A program made the position numbers and the translations under genes. Shown here piece after piece: positions 55,701 to 64,000 of a stretch of DNA of 64,000 nt (the stretch's first letter is position 1; each line of letters starts with the position of its first letter). The stretch spans positions 248,001-312,000 of the forward strand of contig OZ025746.1 in assembly GCA_964019335.1 (NCBI GenBank), given 5' to 3'. Origin of the DNA: Diplonema japonicum (taxonomy: Eukaryota; Protista; Euglenozoa: Diplonemea). The notes under the pieces were generated by a model, which was given only the letters and a program-made list of their open reading frames with translations, was not told the origin of the DNA and made no database searches.

Positions 55701-55957
55701 ACTCCCAATCTTTGCGGTGAACTGTCTGCTGACAGCAGCGACACGATCAGCTCAAAGAACTCACACGCCTCCTCCACCGTCGTCGTGTTGGGCACTGCAT
55801 GCAGCGGGTTCGGGCTCGAATGGTAGCGGTACGAAGCTTCAAGACACTGCGCGATGGTCTTCAAGCAGGTGATCTCCTCCTCCAGCCTGCTTTGGTGTTG
55901 GAGTTGGGGCTGCGACTGGGGCCGGTACCCTGCATCTACGGGGCTGCGAAGAGCCAT
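52706..55957 (-). CDS. Armadillo/HEAT-like helical protein (likely start MALRSPV)
   Basis: Long ORF with Leu-rich helical repeats in the N-terminal half. Confidence 0.8.
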   Translation of the reverse strand: MALRSPVDAGYRPQSQPQLQHQSRLEEEITCLKTIAQCLEASYRYHSSPNPLHAVPNTTTVEEACEFFELIVSLLSADSSPQRLGVLVFDLQPSILSLLVSLLEIPTPSYQMGSPAYTECKVLCVQTVTKIVSMCTEEGAVQVLGDKCVAALAHSSFLKTALQHLAPGEGLPPEGSEAVRVSLAECLFVLVMRAEPLIPVLIQEGATVSMFNCLFNDPAVMVRNYVCAIMRVLAEKVPEQFLTLPIVERSVMQIKAEHSKYVVILLFETMSILFYACPQIYLQTVHEDRQLLPELASVLQTFLSGNTNHDVLTAVVKVLEAMLLLEASTCGQKHNYTVQLLTQGGPKMLLQRDQATDDIKCLKVRALRKLVQAATSSGLCEELHEAYTHFFPSLSLLINADGSGTDKASPELRSELALTFALILSKNPKSREYTNQTVGAYPIWIGQLRQHLLSAVDELSPPVLNGVYIVDCKDNYLNNIHINNGVNWTDRVGLAQVVSQMMHDQEVGAAGHPMAHSFIEEAMTALPGQLSDMDRKARLTHTILSHVIHATLASTGVGGAVQGVPPPFLMAGQPQVQDRPGAVSPFPVQQTQQSGALVVGDGMYSEPGFSELQNYPSFRQETQQTPLTPSKRGRDNDKKLRKLFGRSKSPTSTRVSEKRPPWNGGGNSGKKALFSAPMVGKRTEFLPGVSVASTPKTPRTPRAGKPKEVMIDNDYADMAILMHLPITFGANYNKSNKPTLRRFNNGASQPYVQQTMKSTTLQSWDVKDVGEGELFSFFIPFHKLSEQRIDQELKNLVKHKTKAKKGLLMTPQSQKGKRWFFYDMYHYILPKTETLLRELRDLIAVHGTSNILFYLNIIRLMEDKNDGETQEMLRRNPHITSPPRNPIPLGLMSERELMLQKEVLKLSDGKYKETIHGGNVLFVLDRLKAYFAENFNKGELQLSDHLKGIEDEIQKLEEKAARDIIGNEAAAEAEDDVESGYDSSDTEAMLNYMPPGGGGGGGGVGDVPPAQALPYDNFPDPAFSTETESDVNYNLDHLGYADELPLSNYQSQPTSRNVSPSRPGAVRPPQNDDWPSDASTLSF

Positions 55958-56103
55958 ATGCCCGCCCCCCTTACTGTGGTTCAGAATATAAGAAAAAAGC
56001 AAGCACAACCGACCTCATGCTGCAACGAATAAGCACACACTATATCTTTTTTCTTTTCTTTTTTATTTTATTTTATTTTCATTCTCATTTTTCTTGTTTT
56101 CCT

Positions 56104-57378
56104 TCAAAACACGAAATCCTTCGTCGCGGGGTTGAAGCCCATTCCGAATATCAAGGCAAGAACAGTGCAGGTCAGCGTTATGATGTTGAAAGGCATCGAA
56201 AAGTCAGGCGTGGGAAGGGTGACCCCTGCAGGCTTGGTGTTGTAGATAGGTGTAGGAGTGGCGTCGGTTGTAACGAAAGAAGGGGGAAGGTAGTAGTTCC
56301 TGTTTGCATCGGGTGGGTACGAGGCAAGGGGGAGCAGCCTCTTGTCGTAACGAAGGCGTACGTGAATAGGCACCCCTGGGGATGCTTTGAACGTTGCTTT
56401 GATCAACATGACGTCACTGGTGACCTGCGATACGACACCGGGTGCCTTGACCCACTCCTTCCCAACAAGCATCCTGAACGTAGACACGTAAGGCTGCAAG
56501 AAGAGAACGGGCAGCAACAACGTCAGGTTCACTACCTTCACCCCGTCCCCTGGAATAATCTCCGCACTCAAAGACCCCTCTGCGTCACCCTTGTCGATGC
56601 TGAACACTTCCAGCAACGTCTGCCTCGCCACCGTTCTCTCAGTTCTAACCACCTCAGGCACTGAAGTACACAACGGGCAGTCTATCCCACCGCTCGCCAG
56701 TTCCTTAAACTTCTCCTTCGGGTACACTCCCTCCGCCACTATGCTCATTGATGCCTTCCGTGTGTATGTCAAATGCAGAGCATGAAACCTTGTTTTGAAA
56801 AATTCCTGCGGGACAAGAAGCGACGACGAGATGCCCGACCTGCCGTTGGTGGGAAGGAGCGCAAGCAGGGGGGTCAGGTTTTCTGTGCAAAGCATTTCCT
56901 CAAAAGGCAGGGTACCCCAGAAGTCCCACTCCGATGTGATGTTAGGGAGCAGGAAAGGCTTTGTGTAGTCTGTCTCGGTGTTCGGGGAGAGGAAGTTGGT
57001 CGATGCACAGGTAGCCGCGGACAAGGAGTTAACGAGTACCTTCCACGCGGGGAAGATGTCCGTGCCGTTTGCGAAGGAAGCCTGAAGCGTGCATGCTGGT
57101 GGGACCTGTATGTCCCTGTGCCCCCACCGCCACACGCCCCTCACCATCGAGAGGTGTAGCTTCTCCACACCAACGTGGTCCGCCATCTGCACCCACCATT
57201 TGCTCCACAACCCGTACCTCCCTTCCTCTGGCCACCCCACCACACTCATGTTGAAAACGGCATGTGTGCTGTGCTCGTCAACATCCCGCAAGTGCACCGA
57301 CTCTTCGTACCCTTCTTGACACCACACCTGCACTGCAGACAGCAGCACAAGACACGTTGCTGCTGCCAAAGACCTCAT
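56104..57378 (-). CDS. PIGT: GPI transamidase subunit PIG-T/Gpi16
   Basis: CASTNF, EMLCTENLTPLLALLP, YPPDANR and LPTPDFSMPFNIITLTCT motifs. Confidence 0.92.
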   Translation of the reverse strand: MRSLAAATCLVLLSAVQVWCQEGYEESVHLRDVDEHSTHAVFNMSVVGWPEEGRYGLWSKWWVQMADHVGVEKLHLSMVRGVWRWGHRDIQVPPACTLQASFANGTDIFPAWKVLVNSLSAATCASTNFLSPNTETDYTKPFLLPNITSEWDFWGTLPFEEMLCTENLTPLLALLPTNGRSGISSSLLVPQEFFKTRFHALHLTYTRKASMSIVAEGVYPKEKFKELASGGIDCPLCTSVPEVVRTERTVARQTLLEVFSIDKGDAEGSLSAEIIPGDGVKVVNLTLLLPVLFLQPYVSTFRMLVGKEWVKAPGVVSQVTSDVMLIKATFKASPGVPIHVRLRYDKRLLPLASYPPDANRNYYLPPSFVTTDATPTPIYNTKPAGVTLPTPDFSMPFNIITLTCTVLALIFGMGFNPATKDFVF

Positions 57379-57528
57379 CTGCCGGTCCTGGTAAAAAAAG
57401 ATTTCTTTAAAAAAATGAGGGAGGGGAACAAAAAGAAAGGTAACGAGGGAGCCACACACTACCACGGGAAGACGGTATACATGGGGGGGGGGGGGGGGTA
57501 ATAATAAGTTGTGTGTTTTTTTTTGTGT

Positions 57529-60500
57529 TCAGAGCTCCTCTTTCGCAGCGCCGAAGTCCTTTTCAAGCTTCAAGAAAAGGTCCTTCTCCCTGCCCTTCCA
57601 GGCCTTGAGCATCGCGGGGAGCTTCTTGGCCTTCTTGGGTGCGTGTGTGTCGATAAGCTCCTTGACCTTGCCCGCCCAGTCGATCCCTGCATCGATGGCA
57701 GCCAAGCGCTTCTTTTCCATCAGCTCCCAGATCTCCATGGGAACAATCTGTTCCTCGGTGGGGTCAAAGAGGGTACCCGAGGCCTGTATGGACACTTCGG
57801 CTACGCTGTTCTCACTGTCGCCTGTGGAGTTTTTTTTTAAAAAAAAAAAGAAAAAAATTTATTCCCTTTGAAAAACATGGTTAACAGGGTTCGATCCCAG
57901 AAGCCAGCATCTTCCTGACCAGTAGTTCAGCCGAAAATATTTGGTACGAAGGCATAGTAGTCTAGTTGGGGGGGGCTTTGCCCTGTACCTAGGCGAAGCG
58001 GGTTCAAACCCCACTCCAGCGGATTTTTTTTAGGCTCACCACAGGGGAGAAACGGCAGCCTAAACCGGTATTTCCGTGAAAGCTTTTCGTAAGCTTGTGG
58101 GAGTCTAGTTGAGAAAAGTGCAGTTTTGAGGGAAGGACAGCTCTTAACATTGTAAGGTTGTTAGTTGTTAGTCAGTAAGCATAACAGTCCTGTCCTCTGC
58201 ACTTCGGCCGTAATCACCAAATACAAACGGGTGGAGATGACGAGAAGGTCAAAGAGGGTTCCGTAGGGGAGTTTATAGTTGAAGAGACAGATGCGCGTCT
58301 ACGCCGTCCGCCACAGGGCAACGTACAGTCCAAATGGAATGGCATAGTCATTTGAAAGTGACGTTGCCTTTGGGGCAGAAGTTATTTCTGCTTGGAAGGT
58401 ACTTATGTGGGAATTACACCGATCACCGGTCACGTTTGCGTTGGAAGATCCTTGACCCGCGTGCCCTGGTTTGATGACCAGCCTGAACGGAACGGAGACT
58501 ATGAAACAAGCAGTGACGACGACCGGAGAATACTTCCTACTCCTGAGAGTACACGGGCAACTCGAAGGGAAAGACCAAGCAAGCCCTTCCAGCCAGCAGA
58601 GAGCCTCAGACAACGAGGACTCCAGATGGACAGGATCGCGATAGCGGAGTACAGCCACAAGGAGCTCCACTACCGGGTCCACTACACAAAAGAGGGCAAG
58701 AAGTGAAATCTCAGAGCAGACGGGGTGGAAGTGCCATATGCAGGCAAAAACAAAGGATGGCACCCCAGCCTCATCTTGTACAAGAAGCGCAAGACCGAGG
58801 AAGCAGGGGAGGGCCACCCGAGGCACAACAGAGGACATGGACAACCTCCCCAACGCAGCAGCAACAACAGTAACAGCAGCAGTAGCAGCAGCAAAGACAG
58901 TAGCGACAACAGAAAGTAAAGAAGAAGACATCAGTACCCCCCCCCCCCCCCCCTTCCTCCCCTTCCTGCTGTTCTACTTCGGGTGGATCAAGCGTCTGAA
59001 GAAACAACAGATTTTTCTGGTGACCCCTACTCTTCAGTGTACTAGTTTCTTTTCATCATTATTCTGTGTTGGTCATCGATCACACCAACACCGGCTGAGG
59101 AAGACGCAGTACTACCTGCTGGAAGTGGTGGCAAAGCGAGACCAGCTTCTCCAGGACAAGAGAATGCTAGAAACGTACACGACGCACCCCTGGAACAGAT
59201 AACGGAAGGAAACGCTCATGCACACCACCTGAGTGGTAGGAGCTGAAGAAGCACGTGAGCGGGAGCCTGATGATGAAGCACGGAGAAGACATTATCAAGT
59301 AGCTCAGGAAGCTGAAGTAGTACGACGGACCGAGGAAGACGAGTCACCACAATGGAACTCGTACTAGACTTCGAGAACAGGGAAAGAGGTAGATAAGTAG
59401 AGATAAGTAGACAAGGACGTTCCAGAACAGGAACCTCCTTTATCTCATCTCTTATTCTGTGTTTATTTCATCACAGTGTTGATGGGCTGAGAGTCGTGAG
59501 TGTGTATCGCGGAGGATATCTGGTGTGGAAAGAAGGGAACCTACTCCACCCACTATGCCGGATGCCTGAGTAAAGATGGGGGGGTCAGAGTTTTGAATTC
59601 CTGTGTGGTAGAGTGGTTACCGTGCTCACCTGTCAGGCCCCCTTGTTCCAGGAGTCGCGGGTTCGAATCCCGACGCAGTGGTTTTTTCATCAGGGTTCGA
59701 ACCCCACTTGTGCCGTGTTTTTTCCACCGGAGCTGCTTCATTTTGTATAGTACAAAGTAAGGCAAATCACCAAAAAAATTTTTATTACAAAAAAAAATTC
59801 CATATGTCGAACATTGGGCCCCGGACGCAAATAAATCCATTCCAGCCCTAGAAAAAGCAATTAGAATTTTTTTTAGCTCTTCAAAATGCGGGTTCTGGTG
59901 GGTCACTTAGCGAATATAGAGCGTAAATAAAGGGGCCCCCCGAATAATCCCTTTATTTGGGCAGTGGAGGGGGGGTGTTTGGGCTCCAAAAAAAAAGAAT
60001 TATTTGGAATACACTTATTTGGGTTGTACTTATTTGGGCTGGGGGGCCTGCCACATGGAAAGCAGGGAGCGGGGCTTAGAGCACTTCGGAAATCTTAACA
60101 TGCCAAATCGTGCCAAGACTTTTTTCATGCCCTTTTTTTTTCCAAGGGAAATTTTAACAGTTTTTCTCCCAGGCTGTGGAGAACCCACAAACGTTGCAGA
60201 CAAACCGCCTGGTTTTGGCGTTAGGTGGTTGCTGGGAGGTTGCGGGGGTCTGAGAGGCTTGAGAAACTGTCAGGGCTTGAGAAGCTGCAAGGGCTTGGGA
60301 GGCTGCTGGAGTCTCGTCAGGTGCAGTGTCCATTGTAACACACGCAACTACGTTCTGTGCTGCACTGTCTAAACTTCGCTAAGTGCCCTTAGCTGTATGG
60401 CCTCCTCGGAACTACCTGGTAGGTAGTCGCGAGATCGCATATAGCTAAAGGTGTCGAGCAGTTGCATGACCTTTCTCATGTGCTTGCCCTACCCACAGTG

Positions 60501-61798
60501 CCTCGGCACTCTGCTGCAGTCATCAACGTCCCGCCTCGGCTGCTTGGGGCATGCCACAGCCCCCTTAACCCCTCAAAATGGCGAGAAGCAGCCTCACAAT
60601 ACGTACTTTTCCTTTTCAATCGATTGTTATATTTGTACTAATAAAATATAGCGCGCATTCGACGGCACTGATCAAGCGACTGGCACCTTCCGAAGAAGGG
60701 CCTCCCACGTCCGCCGGGTTGAGCAGAGGATGCCCCGGGGCGGCCGTTCCAGTCTGATCATGTCGCACTATAATATATTTCTCATCTTCTAGAAGAAAAT
60801 GGGGTTTTTGCCCTCGTGGCTCGCCGGGCCAGCACTCTTACTTGCGTAAGCAGCCTCACAATACCGCCAGTGGGCTACGACACAGCTTTGGGATCTTGCT
60901 CAGGAATGGAATATTGACATTGCGGGCCATGAAACAAAGCAAATATCGATAAGTTGTCAACACATGAATGCACGTGCCCTTCCGGCAACGCAGAAGCACC
61001 CGGGCCACCCACAAGCGCCTTCGAACTAAGTGGTTCCGTGAAATTTTGAACCGTTCTCATCACGAACCAGCTAGCTTCTTGCGTTAAGAAAAATAGTCCC
61101 CCACAATAACCCCCAGGTGCCAAACCCCGTGGTCCCTGTTCAAAATGCAAAGGAATTGCTCGTAAGTGGCCAAAACCAGGCGAAAATCGACTTTTTGGTC
61201 AAAAAAGGGGTGTCATAATGGGTTAGGTAGGCTAGTACCCTGCACAGGCGTAACTGAGAAAAGCCCGTTGCACGACTACCATGTGACCCCCCCCACTCCG
61301 GTCCCAAAAAAAAAAAAAGAAAGGGGGTCGGGAATTATTTGGGAAATTTGGAGCGGAAAAATCCCCGAAAAAAAAAAAAGAATTATTTGGGAAAAAACAC
61401 ATTATTTGGGAAGGAATTATTCGGGCCCCCCCTTTACCTGGCACTGCTGTGACTTTGCAGATAGCACCTGCTTCGACAACGTTCGATTTCTTCCCCTTAG
61501 CGCGTTTGAACGTTAGCTTTTTGGTCACGACGACTGTTTGCCCGACTTGGTACTGTGGGGGGGGAGGGGGGGTTCTTTTTTTTTTCTTGTGACATACATC
61601 AAATTTTTTGCTGCCCTTCTGTTGTCCTTTGCCTTTCGCACCGATGTTAATCCCTCCCAGTGTGCCTCTTGGGTCCCCCTTCTGCATCTCCTCCAATTCC
61701 TGTTGGATCTGGTCCATAGCATCTTCATAACTGTCTACGTTGCTCTCTCCCTGCGTGTACGCTACCGCCACTAGGAACAACACACATAGATGCTTCAT
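57529..61798 (-). CDS. Putative ER-resident protein (signal peptide, C-terminal KEEL); exons 61798-61598, 61552-61438, 57821-57529
   Basis: MKHLCVLFLVAVAYTQG...KKFD|YQVGQ...VTAVPG|DSENSVAEVSIQ...GAAKEEL*; phases match across both introns. Confidence 0.78.
57948..58031 (+). pseudogene. Degenerate tRNA-like element
   Basis: A-box-like TAGTCTAGTTGG, stem TTTGCC/GGCGAA, B box GGTTCAAACCC, T8 terminator. Confidence 0.45.
59400..59703 (+). repeat. Second copy of the ~305-bp repeat, with tRNA-Asp-like module at 59599-59687
   Basis: Matches 30085-30389. Confidence 0.9.
59930..61434 (-). mobile_element. Family A pogo-like transposon, internally deleted and rearranged copy in inverse orientation
   Basis: Same TIRs and TA duplication; 59930-60580 is the reverse complement of the 3' part of the 24236-27399 element. 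Confidence 0.88.
61553..61597 (-). other. 45-nt stop-free in-frame intron
   Basis: GTATGTCACAAG(A)nGAA(C)nACAG; reads through as VCHKKKKRTPPPPPQ if retained. Confidence 0.72.
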
Positions 61799-62241
61799 TT
61801 TTTTTTAAAAATTACCTCCTTTATTTTCTCTTTCTTTACGGGAGGGGTGGGGCAACTCACCTATTATAATTGAGGGGGGAGAAAAAAATCGAAGAAAAAA
61901 AAACAATAATAAGATGAGGAGCTAATGGTGGGGTGGGGTGGTAGTAGTCCAAGGGAGAGGGGAAGGAGGGGGGGGGGGGGGGGGGATGGTTGTGTTAAAA
62001 AAAAAGAAGAAAAATATAAAAAAAAAATAACCCTTTGACGGTCCTCAAAAGCATGTTAGGAGGAAAAAAAAAAAAAAAAAAAAAAAAAACAACACACAAA
62101 AAAAAAGAAGGGGGAACAAAAATAAATAAAGATACCCCCTTTCTCCTCTTCCATCCTCCAACCACACCTCATCTCGGTAGATTTTCTTTTTTTTTTCTTT
62201 TTTTTTTCTTCCCTTTTTTTATTTTTGTTTTTATTTTATAA

Positions 62242-62314
62242 TTAGAATCGAGCCCTAACACCGTTGGGGGAGGTGGGGGAAGCTTGCTGAGTACTCCATG
62301 TGTCGGGTTCCTAG

Positions 62315-62348
<34 letters not shown>

Positions 62349-62820
62349 CACACACCTCCCCAACTATTCTCTGGTAAGGTGACCCCTTAGTTATGGCAAG
62401 CCTAAGCTGGGGGTCAGCCACTGCTGACCCAATGATGCCAAGTGCCAGGACGAAGAAATTCCAAAACCACGACCCAGATCTCAAGAACACAGCAACACAG
62501 CTGAGGGCAAGACCTGTAAAGCTGAATAGTGAGTACGCAATCACCATGTCAACGTCCATAGCCTTGTTCGCCATGTTAGAATTTCTATTATAGAGCCCAT
62601 CAAAGACAGTCTGGAACAACATCAGCAACGAGAAGATAAGCAGCCCACTCGCTATAAAATGTATGAAGCACCCTATCACCATCAATACCGTCTCTTTTGC
62701 ACCGCTACCAAAGATTGCCTTTTTTTTTTTTTTTTTTTTTTAATTGTGCCATACCTGCCCCAACACACTCAAGATAATGTACCCTGCGCCCACTCCTTTA
62801 TGTGCGTTATCCACGGCCAT
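62242..62820 (-). CDS. Small multi-pass membrane protein; exons 62820-62755, 62718-62356, 62310-62242
   Basis: MAVDNAHKGVGAGYIILSVLGQ|AIFGSGAKETVLMVIG...IVGE|EPDTWSTQQASPTSPNGVRARF*. Confidence 0.78.
62311..62355 (-). other. 45-nt poly(A) intron
   Basis: GTGTGTG(A)nCTCCTAG, phase 0. Confidence 0.78.
62719..62754 (-). other. 36-nt poly(A) intron with AAG acceptor
   Basis: GTATGGCACAATT(A)nG, phase 0. Confidence 0.8.
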
Positions 62821-63228
62821 TTTCTCTTTTTTTTTTGTTTTCTTTTTTTTTATTAAAGCCCCCTCTCCCCCAGCTCTTCTTTTTTTTTTTTTTTAAATTA
62901 GTTTTTTTTTTTGGTACGTGAGAAAAAAAATTGGGGGAAGGGACAGTACAAAAGGGAAAAGATGGTTGGATAAGGGCATATTTTTTTTTTTTTTTTTTCC
63001 TTCTTCAATTCATGGATTTTTTTTCCCTTTTTTCTTCTTCTTTTTTTTTTCTTTTTGCTATGGAAACAGCAAAAACAAGACAGGGGGGGGGGGACAATTT
63101 TTCCTTTTTTCCCTCTATTTTTTGGGGCAAATAAAAAAAAATGAAGCCCCTCCCCTCTTCAAAATGGAAATAAAGAAGAGAGGAACAAAAAAAAAAGAAA
63201 GAAAAAAAGGCATCTGTTTGTTAACAAA

Positions 63229-64000
63229 CTAAACAAGAACAACAAGGCACAACAAGCTAATCAGATATAGGTCATAAAGGGGAGGGGGGCTCCCAGCATC
63301 GATTGGAGCGGCACCCGCAGCAGGAGCAGTGAAAGGAACAGGGGTAGTGGTATTAGGTGTGTCCGTGACAAAGGGAGATGAAGTGGATGGGTAAGGGGTA
63401 GGAAGCACAGGGGGCGAAGTGGGCGGGGCAAGAACTGTAGCAGCATCCGGGGGCAAGTCAAAAGCAGCTGCAGTAGAAGAATTACCACTAGTTGGCAGTG
63501 CAAGCAGAGCTGTAGTAATCCCATCAATGGCATTGGCATCTGTGGGATTACTGATTTCAACTCTAAACTCGGCCAGAGGTGCGCACGGACAGGACTCTGC
63601 GACAACTACTGTTCCCTGCAGCATATCAGCACTCCTCCCTGCTGCCATTGCGTATCGCCTACACACTTTTTTATTCGCTCGATCCAAATCAGTTATCGGG
63701 GGCACTGCTTTAGCCCTTGCCTCCGGAATGTTGCACAACACCTCCAACACCACGTTGTCCGCTGCCCCCTGAAGATCGTTTTTCACCGACTCCTCAAACA
63801 GTGCCCTGTTGAATGTTTGCAAATCGACTGCCTTCCCCAACTGAAACACCGCCGTTGGGAACTTCCTCACCGGTGTGACGGGGACAGGTGTTGGGGGTGG
63901 TGCCGGTGTCTCGAAGTTTAGCTTTACCTGTATTTTTTTTTGTTTTTGTTTTGTTTTGTTTTTGTTTCTTCTTTTTTGTCATACCTCGAACGCGATTGAC
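63229..64000 (-). CDS. 3' part of a probable GPI-anchored or surface Pro/Thr-rich protein; exons >64000-63985 and 63927-63229
   Basis: SIAFE|VKLNFETPAPPP..., Pro/Thr stalk and hydrophobic C-terminus LYLISLLCLVVLV*. Confidence 0.72.
63928..63984 (-). other. 57-nt A-rich intron
   Basis: GTATGAC(AAAAC-like repeats)TACAG, phase 0. Confidence 0.8.

Larger units (their letters stand above)
57822..61437 (-). other. 3616-nt intron filled with mobile-element debris
   Basis: GTAAAG donor (G + TA target site + TIR) ... AAAACTCCACAG acceptor, phase 1. Confidence 0.75.

Noticed and set aside
59400-59505. Known snRNA or snoRNA divergent from the tRNA-like module
   Set aside because: A GTGATGA is present, but I found no box D and no recognisable U1/U2/U4/U5/U6/7SL sequence.
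59599-59687. Functional tRNA-Asp gene
   Set aside because: Acceptor, D, anticodon and T stems all have mismatches and there are extra bases; reported as tRNA-like only.

Overview
Eukaryotic genomic DNA, most likely a euglenozoan and probably a diplonemid (inference). It is one unidirectional cluster of about 24 protein genes, all on the minus strand, separated by homopolymer-rich spacers. In window order: the 5' end of ribosomal protein uS3; a tandem array of six double-guide box C/D snoRNA genes aimed at SSU rRNA; a BEACH/WD40 protein; TEX47-like and FBF1-like proteins; uroporphyrinogen-III synthase; an F-box/ZZ protein; a double-domain AMP deaminase; four M6PR/ATG27-tail paralogues; two tandem polyamine/amino-acid permeases; a giant Cys-rich surface protein; a TRIM-like E3 ligase; PIG-T; and several hypothetical proteins. 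The most striking signal is the intron system. I reconstructed 14 GT-AG introns by hand. Ten are tiny (36-57 nt) and filled with poly(A)/purines instead of a polypyrimidine tract, 11 of 14 start GTATG, and they sit almost only near gene ends. Four are swollen to 0.36-3.6 kb; at least three of these carry TA-targeting pogo-like transposons, MITE-like repeats or tRNA-like modules. Poly(U)+AG motifs upstream of start codons suggest separate codes for trans- and cis-splice sites. All coordinates were counted by eye, homopolymer lengths may carry assembly error, and no splice junction is confirmed by transcript data.
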